Source of the DNA: a virus
Taxonomy: Duplodnaviria > Caudoviricetes
DNA: 27,990 nt
Strand: one strand, 5' to 3'
Virus record (IMG/VR): IMGVR_UViG_3300020044_011667
Coordinates: 1-27,990 of that record
In this document: positions 15,799-25,967 of the stretch, one piece after another
Layout: every line of letters starts with the position of its first letter
Position numbering within the stretch: position 1 is the first letter of the stretch
Translations under genes and position numbers: made by a program
The notes under the pieces: model-generated
What the model saw: the letters and a program-made list of their open reading frames with translations, nothing else
Database searches by the model: none
What the model was told of the DNA's origin: nothing

Positions 15799-17034
15799 AT
15801 GGCCAATGCCGCTATTTTTTCAGATCTCGTATCTAAATACTTGTTGCCCGATTTCGTCAACAACATACAATTTTTAAAACACGCCAACCGAGAATTTGAG
15901 GGCATGTTTTCCGATACTCAGTATATTTCCGGCCAAACAGTAAACGTATTACTGCCTAACCGATTTACGCCTGGTTTCGGTTCAACCGTTACACCCCAAG
16001 GCGTGCAAGACAGAACAACTCCTCTCACCATCGAAGAGCAAATTCACGTTGGAATGTCTTTTACGTCGTCAGAATTAACGACAGACTTTCGTACCTCCGG
16101 TGTAAATTTAAGCATTCGTGACAAATATACTCGCCCCGCATCTTTGGATATTGCTAACTCTGCGGACACATATGCAATCAGCAAATTAAAAACTATCAAT
16201 AACTTTGTGGGAACTGCGGGAACGTTAGTTAACTCTATTGATATCGTTAATAACGCAAATGCAAATTTAACGGCACGCGGCGTTCCACTTCATGATCGCT
16301 ATTGCGGCGTTAACATTCAAACAGGCGCGAGCATTAAAAACTCGATGAAATCTAACTTTACGCCTAACATCAATGAAGGCGTGGTAAAAACAGGTTTTAT
16401 TGCAAATATCTACGGGACTGAGTTTTTCGAAACTCAGAATTTGGGGTATCATACTTCCGGCCTTGGAAATGAAACTGCGGCAGTTGGCGGCTTAATTCCT
16501 TGCGGAACGGTAAAAACAGCGGTTTCCACTGGGAACACTATCGTGCTGCAAGGCTTACAAAATAACACTGTGGGTGTTGTCAAAGCTGGCGATATTATCC
16601 AAATGCAAGTTACCCAGTCCGTTAACTTTAGAACAAAAGCTCCTACCGGATCTTTAATGTCGTTCTCAGTTTTAGCAGATGCAAATTCTGGTCCAACCGG
16701 CGAATGTACTATTACGGTTTCGCCGTCTATTGTGACGACTGGGAATTATAAAAACGTAAGCGGCATTATCGGTGTTGGCGAAGCTGTAAAGCTTGTTGCA
16801 TCTCATAACGTTGGCTACCTCCTTCAGAAATCCGCATTGACCGTTGCCATGCCCAAGTTAAAGCCTTTGGGAGCGGGAACAACATCTACTGCGATGACAT
16901 TTGACAAAGAATACAGCATCGGCATGCGTTATTCCGAAGGTTCTTTGATTTTAACTGATGAAAATGTCCAACGATTGGATATCTTAATTGGCGCGCTTTG
17001 TCTCGCTGATTACGGAGTTCGTATCGTTGGTTAA
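15799..17034 (+). CDS. major capsid protein (P22 coat family)
   Basis: GQTVNV.LP.RF, F.S.ELT, Y.RPA...IAN..D, RLDIL.G motifs; position after scaffold. Confidence 0.92.
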   Translation: MANAAIFSDLVSKYLLPDFVNNIQFLKHANREFEGMFSDTQYISGQTVNVLLPNRFTPGFGSTVTPQGVQDRTTPLTIEEQIHVGMSFTSSELTTDFRTSGVNLSIRDKYTRPASLDIANSADTYAISKLKTINNFVGTAGTLVNSIDIVNNANANLTARGVPLHDRYCGVNIQTGASIKNSMKSNFTPNINEGVVKTGFIANIYGTEFFETQNLGYHTSGLGNETAAVGGLIPCGTVKTAVSTGNTIVLQGLQNNTVGVVKAGDIIQMQVTQSVNFRTKAPTGSLMSFSVLADANSGPTGECTITVSPSIVTTGNYKNVSGIIGVGEAVKLVASHNVGYLLQKSALTVAMPKLKPLGAGTTSTAMTFDKEYSIGMRYSEGSLILTDENVQRLDILIGALCLADYGVRIVG

Positions 17035-17044
17035 CTTAAACCAA

Positions 17045-17069
17045 AGAGGGGGCATGTTGTGCTCCCTCT
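17045..17069 (+). terminator. hairpin after capsid gene (attenuator or mRNA stabiliser)
   Basis: AGAGGGGGCAT-GTT-GTGCTCCCTCT; no clear U-tract. Confidence 0.5.
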
Positions 17070-17086
17070 AAATTAAGGAATTAAAA

Positions 17087-17497
17087 ATGAGTTATGGTGT
17101 AAAGGCAGACGAGATCCAAGACATTATTGATACGCAAGAGCCTGAGTATACGTTCGACCACATGGGGCATGCGCATGTAGTCTGGCCTCTCTTAGCAAAA
17201 AAACGAAGAGAGCAGCGAGGCGAAACTAGTAATTTTGATCCGGAAACCACGCCATCCATCTATATTTTTGATGTGAATTCACGGCATGTATTAGTTAACA
17301 AAGCAGGGTTTGAAACGCGGGATAAATCCAAGTGGTTCCCAACGTTAGAAGAAGCGATGTTAGCAAAAGAAAAAGCATTAGATGAAAAATTAGCTTCCCT
17401 TTCAAAACGACAAAAATCACTTGAAGCGGCGAAGAAACAAAAGGAAGAAGAAGCTAAAAATTTAAAAGATTTAGAAAGTGACAGTAATCCAGAGTAG
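17087..17497 (+). CDS. hypothetical protein with C-terminal coiled coil
   Basis: AAGGA RBS, 136 aa. Confidence 0.7.
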   Translation: MSYGVKADEIQDIIDTQEPEYTFDHMGHAHVVWPLLAKKRREQRGETSNFDPETTPSIYIFDVNSRHVLVNKAGFETRDKSKWFPTLEEAMLAKEKALDEKLASLSKRQKSLEAAKKQKEEEAKNLKDLESDSNPE

Positions 17498-17546
17498 CTG
17501 ATAATGCAAACCATTGCGGCTCTCTTATTTTTTCGGTGGGGCCGTA

Positions 17547-18245
17547 ATGAGTGTAATTACAGTAAATCAACTCGTTTTAGATGCGTATCTATTGACGGGT
17601 GAGTTTGACCCCATAAATCCTCCCAGTCAGGGGCAAGTCTCACGCGGGATAGCAGAATTAAAATACATTATTGAATGCACCCCCAGCATTTCGCTTCCCT
17701 TTCAAAAATCATTCACATTTAATCTTGAGGCCGGAAAACGTATTTATACATTTGGCGAAACTCCCGCGCAGGATTTTGACATGCGTAGGATTCAGCGATT
17801 AAATACAGCATTTATAACGTGGAATGATGTCACTTATGATGTGAAGGTTTTAGATCAGGTTGTTTACTATCAATCGCTTCGCGTAAACACGCTCCAAACT
17901 TTACCTAAAATATGTGTTCTTGAAAACTCGCAAGGCTATTCTCAAATCACGATTTACCCAAAGCCAGACATTGAATATCAGTTCACCATTAAATACATGG
18001 AAGACTTAGGCGATTTCACACCGCAGCAGCCAATAGATAACATTCCGCCTTATCAATTTAAATTCATTCGTTATGAGCTCGCTTCAGTTTTATGTGACAT
18101 TTACAATCTTTCCTGGTCTCCAAAAAAATCGGAAGAACTTGAAAGGCTGAGAAAAATTGCGAGATCACAAAATTTTCATGATTTAGTTGTTAGAGCATCA
18201 ACGGGAAGAGACGCAGGCTACGGGAGGATTCTCAGTGGCGTTTGA
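17547..18245 (+). CDS. head-tail adaptor (P22 gp4-like position)
   Basis: T.NQLV.DAY...G, AGKRIYT.G, ITIYPKPD, P.Y...IRY.LA..LC motifs; start at ATG 17547. Confidence 0.75.
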   Translation: MSVITVNQLVLDAYLLTGEFDPINPPSQGQVSRGIAELKYIIECTPSISLPFQKSFTFNLEAGKRIYTFGETPAQDFDMRRIQRLNTAFITWNDVTYDVKVLDQVVYYQSLRVNTLQTLPKICVLENSQGYSQITIYPKPDIEYQFTIKYMEDLGDFTPQQPIDNIPPYQFKFIRYELASVLCDIYNLSWSPKKSEELERLRKIARSQNFHDLVVRASTGRDAGYGRILSGV

Positions 18246-19668
18246 ACCTTTTGAAAAGCCGTTAGATATTATCGGCAGCTTTAATAAAACAAAATTTAAG
18301 CGCGTCGACTCTGCTCGCACCGTCAACTTGTATCCCGTTATCTACAACAAGCTCGGAGAATCTTCTCTTTTCTCCTTCCCTGGATACAAAAAAAAATCAG
18401 AGCTTCAAGGACAAAAAGGAACGAGAGCATCTTTTAACCTAGGAGACCGCGTTATATTTGTGTGCGGTAACGGCGTATTCACAATGAACGAAGCGCTCGT
18501 TACGGCGCAGATAGGCACGCTAACAACATTTTCAGGCCATGTTGGAATCGCAGCGAACGCATCAGGACAAGTGATTTTTGTTGACGGCGCATTTGGATAT
18601 ATTTACGAGAACAATGTTTTTACAAAAATTACAGCGCCTGCATTTCCTGCTCTCCCCGTTAGCGTTGTTTTCCTTGACGGATTTTTTTACGTTGCAAAAG
18701 GCAATTCTCCAACGTTTTACCAGTCTGCCCCTAACAATGGGAACTCGTGGGATTCAATGAATTTCGCATCCATCACAACAAAGCCAGACATTATTGTAGC
18801 GATGGCCGTTTTAAATCGAAGACTTTTTATTTTCGGGAAAGAAATAACAGAAACCTGGTACAACGCTGGCCGGCCTACGGTTGCAGTTGCGCGTGACAAT
18901 AACTTAATTCTGCCTTACGGATGCGCATGCGCTGATAGCGTTGAAGTGGATTACGGTTTGATGTTTTTCATGGCGGCGCAATCAGGCGGCCCCAATCAAA
19001 TCATGATGACAGATGGAACGGAGCCAAGAAAAGTAAGTAATCCGAATATGGAAAATGAAATTTCGAATTACATAAAACCAAGTGATGCCTCTGCTAATTT
19101 ATGCAAATTTGAAGGTCAGTTATTTTACATTTTGTCGTTTACAACAGATCAACATACGTGGGTCTACAATTTTAATACCGGCGGGGATGACTGGGCAGAA
19201 GCCGAGCAACTACCCGGTACGCGGCACATTATGCAGGCGCATATTTATTTTAAAAACAAACATTACATCGGCTCTTATCTCGACGGAAATATTTACGAAT
19301 TGTCAGACAAATATTACGACAACGACGGAACTACGTTCAGACGGCAACGAGTAACGCCACGGCTTTACGACCCAAGATATAGAAAAATTACGATCGACCG
19401 TCTTGAGGTCGATTGTTTAAAAGGAAATGGGTCTGCATTTGGTGAAGACGAAGAGCCATTGTTATTTCTTTACGTTTCAACCGACGGCGGGATCACATTT
19501 AAAGCATGCCTTTCAGAAACAACAGGCGAGATAGGAAAATACAGTCGGCGCGTCATTTTTAGAACGCTCGGCTCTGCTTACGATTTTGTTTTTAAATTTG
19601 AATATTTCAACAGAACAGAATTTGCATTAATTGGGGCGGTAATCAAAGGGACGGTAAGCGACAGATGA
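18235..19668 (+). CDS. tail hub / packaged DNA stabilisation protein (P22 gp10-like)
   Basis: RTVNLYP, VDG..GY, FLDGFF, PD.IV, FG...TE.W, STDGG.TF, G.IG.Y..R motifs; GTG start 18235 behind GGAGG. Confidence 0.85.
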   Translation: MAFEPFEKPLDIIGSFNKTKFKRVDSARTVNLYPVIYNKLGESSLFSFPGYKKKSELQGQKGTRASFNLGDRVIFVCGNGVFTMNEALVTAQIGTLTTFSGHVGIAANASGQVIFVDGAFGYIYENNVFTKITAPAFPALPVSVVFLDGFFYVAKGNSPTFYQSAPNNGNSWDSMNFASITTKPDIIVAMAVLNRRLFIFGKEITETWYNAGRPTVAVARDNNLILPYGCACADSVEVDYGLMFFMAAQSGGPNQIMMTDGTEPRKVSNPNMENEISNYIKPSDASANLCKFEGQLFYILSFTTDQHTWVYNFNTGGDDWAEAEQLPGTRHIMQAHIYFKNKHYIGSYLDGNIYELSDKYYDNDGTTFRRQRVTPRLYDPRYRKITIDRLEVDCLKGNGSAFGEDEEPLLFLYVSTDGGITFKACLSETTGEIGKYSRRVIFRTLGSAYDFVFKFEYFNRTEFALIGAVIKGTVSDR

Positions 19669-19925
19669 GCCTATTACCTACACTACCCCCTCCTCCTCTT
19701 TACGACAGATTTTTAAATGATGACGGAAAAGTAACGGACGCATGGCAAAACTGGTTTAGTTTATTGCAGATTGGCTTAGAAGGCTCTCAATTTGATTCTG
19801 TTTCGTTAGCGGCAGTTGATGCGCCAGAAGCACCAGAGACAGGAATTATTTTGTACGCGAAAGATGATAAAAATTTATACGCCATGAATGAAGATGGCTC
19901 CGAATATAAAGTAACCCCTTTTTAA
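19665..19925 (+). CDS. small virion/tail protein
   Basis: ATGA coupling; PPP....DG.VT.AW..WF pattern seen after gp10-like genes. Confidence 0.65.
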   Translation: MSLLPTLPPPPLYDRFLNDDGKVTDAWQNWFSLLQIGLEGSQFDSVSLAAVDAPEAPETGIILYAKDDKNLYAMNEDGSEYKVTPF

Positions 19926-19940
19926 TTTTATAGGTGATTT

Positions 19941-20636
19941 ATGGATCCAATGACAATGTTATCGCTAGGAACTTCTCTTTTTGGCGGCTTAGGAAGCCTT
20001 TTCGGGGGGAACAAAGAATCTAAAAACTACGAAGAAATGGCGCGACAAATTCAAGCGGCCATGGAAGAGCAACGCAAGCTAACAGGCCAAGCTAATAATT
20101 TAATATCGCCATGGCATCAGGCCGGTCAAAATGAAATTGGCGGCTATCAGCAAAATTATAAAAAGCTCATGGATCCAGAATTCATCAATAAATTGATGGG
20201 CGATTACAAAACAAGCAATTGGGCGAACCAGCAATTAAAAAGCGGAAACCAAGCCATTACGAATGCGGCATCTGCAAGCGGCTCTCTGAATAGCGGACAG
20301 TTCGGAAAGGATATGGCTAACTATTCCACCGATATTATGTCGCGAGATCAAAACCAATATATAGATAGGATTCTACAGCAATACGGAATTGGCGTGGGTC
20401 ACCAAGGGGACATGGTGGGGAACGGAATGAGAGCGGGAGGCCTGATGGGGCAAAATTTAATTGGAATGGGCGATAGAAACATAAACGCAATTATGGCTGC
20501 ACAAAAAGCTCGCATGGAAGGAAGCCAAGCCCAACAGGGCGGACAGGCGGGGCTAATGAACTTCATCACTGGCGGGCTAAGCGGATTACGTGGCCTAAGT
20601 GGTTTAGGTGGTTTAGGTGGTTTACTAAAAAGGTAA
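19941..20636 (+). CDS. ejection (DNA transfer) protein, P22 gp7-like
   Basis: Gly/Gln/Met-rich; PW.QAG, ITNAASA.G.L.SG motif; position. Confidence 0.75.
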   Translation: MDPMTMLSLGTSLFGGLGSLFGGNKESKNYEEMARQIQAAMEEQRKLTGQANNLISPWHQAGQNEIGGYQQNYKKLMDPEFINKLMGDYKTSNWANQQLKSGNQAITNAASASGSLNSGQFGKDMANYSTDIMSRDQNQYIDRILQQYGIGVGHQGDMVGNGMRAGGLMGQNLIGMGDRNINAIMAAQKARMEGSQAQQGGQAGLMNFITGGLSGLRGLSGLGGLGGLLKR

Positions 20637-20640
20637 CGTT

Positions 20641-21963
20641 ATGCAATACATCAATCCAGCGCTACTTCCCGAATACGACCCAGAAAAAACCTTCCTTGGT
20701 CAGCTTCTTGGCTTTCGTCAAAAAGAAGGGCAAGCTAACCTTGCGCAAAATCAAGCGGGATATTATGACGCGCTTCGCCAGCTTGAAGGCGCAAAGATTC
20801 CGTATGCGCAACAAACCGCAGAAGCAAAAATGCAGCATGAAATGTTGAAAAACTTCTGGAAAGAGCAACAAGGATTGAAGGAACAAGCGCATGCATTGAA
20901 TCTCCCTGGCGATTACGCATCAAAAAGAAGCTTGCGCGGAGCTCAAGCGGGAGCGTCAAACGCAGCTGCGGCATTGTCACACACTAGACGCGCAGGACAA
21001 GAAGGAACAAATTCTTGGATGGAAAGTCTTCGCTCAAACCCATTGTTTCAAGCCAAAACTGTCGGAGGCAGATTGTCGCCAGAGGTTGTGGCAGCAATTT
21101 CAGGGCAAGCTGCAATAGGAAATTCACCGCTGCAAATGGACGCAGTTGACAGGCAAGGAATGCCCGTAGGCCAGCCTCAACAGCCTGCACAAATGCCTAT
21201 GCCACAAGGTGGCGCACGAGGCGCGCCGATGCAAGGTGGAATTCCTTTTGCTAGAAGTCCGCAAGGAGAAAATGCGCCTGCTGCGCAGAATTTTGCGCCT
21301 CAAGAGCAAATTAACCAAGCTGCGCAACAACAAAAAACAATGTATCAAAAGGCATATCCGCAATTGATGGACGCAATTCAAAACAAGCTAGAAAAGGCTC
21401 AGCTGGCCAATCCTGCCGCGGCTCAAAAATTACAATACTTAACCAACATCAAAGAAACTATTGCCGGAATAAATCCAGACGTAGTTAAAGCGTATGGAGG
21501 AATAGATGGAAGGGCAAAATTAAGAAGAGATAAAGGGCTATCCGCTTTAGGCATTGCTCCTCCTGAATATGATGAATACGTCGAATTTGTTGAAAACCAA
21601 GCAGTAATTCTCGCGTCACAGATACGCCAATTTTATGGCGACTCCATTCAGCCGAAAAAAGAAGAACAAATCATGGAAACATTTTCATCTGAAAATATCT
21701 ATAAAAACCCAGAAGCCGCATTGAGAAAAATGGCCGAACTAATTCGAATCGTAGAATCCGAAGGTATGACTTACGCTAAGCCCGTCGGCTCACTTATACA
21801 TGAAGCAAATAATTTGGGGTTTGGTAAAAAGTGGGATGGAATTTTATCAAAACATAAAGAAGAAAAAGAAAGAAAACAAAATGGCGTAAATGAAACAGTA
21901 AAGCCTCTTTCCTCAGAAGAGCTCAAAGAAGCTAAACAGCTTCAGGCATTAGGGAAAATATGA
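20641..21963 (+). CDS. putative ejection protein (gp20-like position)
   Basis: Gln/Ala-rich helical, 440 aa, follows the gp7-like gene. Confidence 0.6.
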   Translation: MQYINPALLPEYDPEKTFLGQLLGFRQKEGQANLAQNQAGYYDALRQLEGAKIPYAQQTAEAKMQHEMLKNFWKEQQGLKEQAHALNLPGDYASKRSLRGAQAGASNAAAALSHTRRAGQEGTNSWMESLRSNPLFQAKTVGGRLSPEVVAAISGQAAIGNSPLQMDAVDRQGMPVGQPQQPAQMPMPQGGARGAPMQGGIPFARSPQGENAPAAQNFAPQEQINQAAQQQKTMYQKAYPQLMDAIQNKLEKAQLANPAAAQKLQYLTNIKETIAGINPDVVKAYGGIDGRAKLRRDKGLSALGIAPPEYDEYVEFVENQAVILASQIRQFYGDSIQPKKEEQIMETFSSENIYKNPEAALRKMAELIRIVESEGMTYAKPVGSLIHEANNLGFGKKWDGILSKHKEEKERKQNGVNETVKPLSSEELKEAKQLQALGKI

Positions 21964-23672
21964 AAAACGACAAATCACAAGAAGATTTAGCGCGACGCTA
22001 TAGGGAATATAAAGCCAAAAATGCAGCGCCGACAGGAGACAAGTTGCTAAAAGATATGATGCCTGGGCAATCCGGATTCAGCAAAGCCGAAAATAACTTT
22101 TGGAAAAAATTTGTGCAAGGCGCGGTCAACGCAGTTCCGTCTGTAGCTAATCTTGCAAATAAAGGAATGAGCTCTCTTGCTAGTGCGGTAACAGGAAAAG
22201 ATATTCCTTACACCCCGTTTCCATATCGCGCTGAATTTGGCGATTCAAATATGCCTGGCGCATCTGCCGGTGAATTTCTAGGTTCAATGGTTATGCCAGG
22301 GGTGGGCGTTGCTGGGAATGCGGTGCAAGGCGCGATAAAAGGAGCTCCACTCATTGGGAAAATACTAGGAGGGGCAACATCAGGAGGCTTAGGCGCGGCG
22401 GCCGCAGGAGTGACAGAAAACCCCGAACAAAATTTAAACGGTATGAATGTCGGAATATCTTCGCTGATTGGCGGGGGCACCGGCGGCCTTTTGGGTATTC
22501 CAGCGGCTTTGGCTGGGAGACAGCTCAGAGCAGTAAAAACCGCACGAGAAGCTAACCCTAAAAGCCCTGAAAACCCTACCGGAATACGCTCGCCTGAACA
22601 AGTGGCAGAGCTGGGCGCAAAATTTCCAGAAAATAGTATTGATTTGGCTTCCTTGGCTGGCCATAAAAAAAACGCGGGATTTTACAGCGACGTATTAGGA
22701 CGCTTACCGCTTACGGGAGTCAGAAAGGCGGAACAAAAATCGCTAAAAGCGTACGAAGGAATCAAAGCAGAGAACCAATCAACCTGGGAAAATTTTAAGA
22801 AAAACGCAAAAGATTCTAACGTGAAGGTAGATTACGAGCCGCTTTATAAAGATTTAAATGAAAAATATAGTTCATATCTGGGCATAAAACAGCCAAAACA
22901 GCCAAAAGGAAAGGCGCGAATGTCAGAAGAAGAATTTTTATCAAAACTCAATCCTGAGCAAAGAAAAATTGCAATGAAAAAGCTAGGGATAAATCAAAAT
23001 ACGATATCAGAAAACACAAAAAGAGCTCTACTCAAAGAGGCGAATGTTTCCCTCTTAAAAACAATTAATCTTGGCGGTGACAGTTTAAGCGATGCGATAA
23101 AAAAATATCAAAAGCTAGGCGATATGGCGCGCTCAACGAAAGCGCCGTCAGCAAAGAGCGAAATAATGGACGCTCAAAAACTAGTCAAGCAAAGCATAGA
23201 GGAGTCCCTACAAAAATCAGGAAGAAAAGATTTGATTCAGGAATGGCAGTCGGCAAACAAAAGCCACATTAATAAACTTGAAACAGGAAAAGCATTAAAA
23301 AATGCGAGAGTCCGCCAGGGTGAAACATTTTCAAACACCATGGGCAAAAACATTGTTGGTTCACCGGCAGGAAAGGGCGTGCAGCTTGGAATAATGGGCG
23401 CGCTTGGCCTTGTGTCCGGAAAAGGAGCCGCCGCCGCCGCTGGGGCTAACGCCATTGGCGGAATTTCTGCTAAGACGGCAAGAAGCAAATCCTTGCGGGA
23501 TGCCTATGTTTCCGGTGAAGCCCTCAACGAAAAAAATCTAAGCAAAGATATCTTTCCTATTTGGATGCGAGCGTTAGGAGTTGGCGCAAAAGAAACCCCA
23601 CGCGCAGTAGGCGTAGGGATTGCAAAAGCAGATAGAGAGCGTCAAAAACGAAAAGAAGAGGAATCCAGATAA
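21960..23672 (+). CDS. putative ejection protein (gp16-like position)
   Basis: Gly/Ala-rich hydrophobic segments plus Lys-rich helices, 570 aa. Confidence 0.6.
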   Translation: MKNDKSQEDLARRYREYKAKNAAPTGDKLLKDMMPGQSGFSKAENNFWKKFVQGAVNAVPSVANLANKGMSSLASAVTGKDIPYTPFPYRAEFGDSNMPGASAGEFLGSMVMPGVGVAGNAVQGAIKGAPLIGKILGGATSGGLGAAAAGVTENPEQNLNGMNVGISSLIGGGTGGLLGIPAALAGRQLRAVKTAREANPKSPENPTGIRSPEQVAELGAKFPENSIDLASLAGHKKNAGFYSDVLGRLPLTGVRKAEQKSLKAYEGIKAENQSTWENFKKNAKDSNVKVDYEPLYKDLNEKYSSYLGIKQPKQPKGKARMSEEEFLSKLNPEQRKIAMKKLGINQNTISENTKRALLKEANVSLLKTINLGGDSLSDAIKKYQKLGDMARSTKAPSAKSEIMDAQKLVKQSIEESLQKSGRKDLIQEWQSANKSHINKLETGKALKNARVRQGETFSNTMGKNIVGSPAGKGVQLGIMGALGLVSGKGAAAAAGANAIGGISAKTARSKSLRDAYVSGEALNEKNLSKDIFPIWMRALGVGAKETPRAVGVGIAKADRERQKRKEEESR

Positions 23673-25954
23673 TGTCAGTCATTACTTACAACGTACTCCC
23701 CAACCCATTGTGGCAATTCACGGACGCTGCCGGTATTTTTCTCATGGACGGAACCATAGAAACGTTTCTAGATACCAATCGAACAACGCCAAAGCCCGTT
23801 TACCAAACGCCGGATGACTCAACCCCGTGGGATAATCCATTATCCCTATCTTCGGCGGGCTCTGTTAATGGTCTGTTTTGGGCGGATGATGCAGACTACT
23901 GGGTCGTCGTTCGAGATTTAAACGGTGTTCAAAAATACGAATTTACCGTTTACTCAACTACAGCACAAAATGGAGCGAACAGCGCGACCCTAAAAAATCA
24001 CATTCTGGATGGGCAGTTTCGGTTTCCGTACGCTACAAGCTTCCCTAACATTCAAGCAAACACGTTCATAGCTCCAAAGTGCATATTTAACAAAACGAGC
24101 GCATCAACAGATAACGCAAGCATCATTGATTTTCCATTAGGGCAAACATTTGTAAACGAAGGAAACCCCGTAAGTTATCTAAATATAGAGTGCACGATCC
24201 CAAACGTTACAGAAACGCTCAAAAATATTTTCTTTTATTTTTCTGATGTAACTTCATTTGAAATGCAACCCATTACCATTGCATTTTGGGCAAAAAGCAC
24301 CACGGCGGCTCAAATATATCTGTTATGGAATCAATTTTTTGGCGCAGGAGGCTCAACTTCGGTAGGAACGGTTGTTCCTGGCTCCACAACTACGCTCACC
24401 TCAACCTGGACAAAATATTTCTACCAATTCACGCCGCCATCTACAACAGGGAAAACAAAAGGTGGTGGATTTGATGACGTTGCAGAGCTTGCTTTCATCT
24501 TTCCTTTTACTAGTGTCTTTAACGTACAACTTACCAATGTAGAGGTAAAGCTGGGTGACTTTCCCGGAGTTTATGACTATAGAACTTACGAGCAACAAAG
24601 AGGTGTTTCTTTTGCCCAGCGGCTTCCATTTGCCATCACTCCCGCAGACACGAACAAATCACTTATTGTGGGGCTAGAAAACACAGGACTATCACAAGAA
24701 GCCGCTTATGTGCTTAACAACAATGCAGGCGTGATTAATGAATGGGCGGGAGTTAATGCCCTTCCTTCTGATGCGATTTTGTGCAATGGAGCAACGCTAG
24801 ATGCCTCTGCAAACAATAATAAGTACATGAATCTGTATCTATCCATCATGAATCAATGGGGGACAGGCGCAGACGGCTTATTTAACATGGTTTCAGGCGA
24901 TGGGCTTAGCGCAATTGCAATCAATGACGCATCGGGCGCAATCATCGATGCGCTGGACGTAAATACGGGGATGACGGTTACAACAACGACCCCAGGCACC
25001 ACAGGCTATTTTCACAACATGTTCCACTGGCTAGCCCCTCTAGACTTTTTAGGGGGCGGCACACGAACCTCTAGCAATACCGTATGGCTGGAATGTCTTT
25101 ATGTGGGCGCGGTAACCGAAGCTTATGACGTAAATACGGGCTTCACAATTATCAATGCTATCCAGGGGAGCGCGGATGGAAAGGCTGTAATAGGAATCCA
25201 AACCACCGATGGATCTGTTATCGGCCTGTCCGGCTCTCACTTCATTATCTACGACGAAAACGGCACGATGTACGCCCCCTGGATAAAAGTAGACGGCTCT
25301 GGCGCTGCACCCGTTGTCCCGGGCGCAATATTGATTGAGGTCGATATATTAAGCCTCAGCACCGCACAGGACGTAGCTATGTCTCTTGCGCTGGCTTTGG
25401 GCGGTAACCAGGTTACAAAAATCGACGCGGTACCAGGCTCAGACATTATCCCTGGCTCTTACCTGCTCATAAACGGCAACTCTCACGAGTGGTACCTTTA
25501 CTTTACAGTCGATGGAGCAGGCGCAGACCCAGCCCCCGCAGGAAAAACCCGCATCTCTCCTGTAGCTGTTTTATCAACCGACACAGCAGAAGAGGTGGCG
25601 CTAAAGATTACCGTTATGCTAGGAGCTCCCTTGTTTAAAGTCCCTCTCCTGAATAACGGCCAGTTTGTGCGCGGGGGTCCTGTCATCAACGGCTCGATTG
25701 ACCCTGATTTTGCTTCACGTGCCGGTGGAAACACATTGGGGTCATTGCAGCCATGGCAAATACAAAGCCATACACATCCACTGGCCTTCCCTCCCTCTGG
25801 CTCTTATTACTCTCCAGAAGCCGGATCCATCCAGGTTGCCGGCGGGCCTAACCCAATTGCGGAGGGGCGGACATTCCCAGTCGCAACATTGGGGGCTGGA
25901 ACAAATCAAACTAACCCTTATAACGTTTATTTACGCTACATCATTCGATACTAA
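23672..25954 (+). CDS. tail fibre/spike: particle-binding N-terminus, CBM-like domain, split tail-collar domain
   Basis: WQF.D..G....GT....TPKPVY...PW.NP..L; TIAFWAKS..LTSTWTKY; GVINEWAG..P....LCNG ... FKVP...GQFVRG; GS.Q..QIQSHTH; T.P.NVYL.YIIRY. Confidence 0.85.
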   Translation: MSVITYNVLPNPLWQFTDAAGIFLMDGTIETFLDTNRTTPKPVYQTPDDSTPWDNPLSLSSAGSVNGLFWADDADYWVVVRDLNGVQKYEFTVYSTTAQNGANSATLKNHILDGQFRFPYATSFPNIQANTFIAPKCIFNKTSASTDNASIIDFPLGQTFVNEGNPVSYLNIECTIPNVTETLKNIFFYFSDVTSFEMQPITIAFWAKSTTAAQIYLLWNQFFGAGGSTSVGTVVPGSTTTLTSTWTKYFYQFTPPSTTGKTKGGGFDDVAELAFIFPFTSVFNVQLTNVEVKLGDFPGVYDYRTYEQQRGVSFAQRLPFAITPADTNKSLIVGLENTGLSQEAAYVLNNNAGVINEWAGVNALPSDAILCNGATLDASANNNKYMNLYLSIMNQWGTGADGLFNMVSGDGLSAIAINDASGAIIDALDVNTGMTVTTTTPGTTGYFHNMFHWLAPLDFLGGGTRTSSNTVWLECLYVGAVTEAYDVNTGFTIINAIQGSADGKAVIGIQTTDGSVIGLSGSHFIIYDENGTMYAPWIKVDGSGAAPVVPGAILIEVDILSLSTAQDVAMSLALALGGNQVTKIDAVPGSDIIPGSYLLINGNSHEWYLYFTVDGAGADPAPAGKTRISPVAVLSTDTAEEVALKITVMLGAPLFKVPLLNNGQFVRGGPVINGSIDPDFASRAGGNTLGSLQPWQIQSHTHPLAFPPSGSYYSPEAGSIQVAGGPNPIAEGRTFPVATLGAGTNQTNPYNVYLRYIIRY

Positions 25955-25967
25955 CCAGGAGAATATT

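Noticed and set aside
20598-20624. 9-bp tandem repeat GGTGGTTTA
   Set aside because: It only encodes the low-complexity GGL tail of the ejection protein.
1557-25734. Many short antisense or alternate-frame ORFs in the track (e.g. 1557-1775, 5052-5387, 12219-12551, 22208-22480, 25249-25446)
   Set aside because: They are shadows of well-supported genes with no recognisable motifs.
25665-25967. 206-aa version of the spike-base ORF
   Set aside because: It overlaps the tail fibre gene by about 290 nt, and AGGAG supports ATG 25968.
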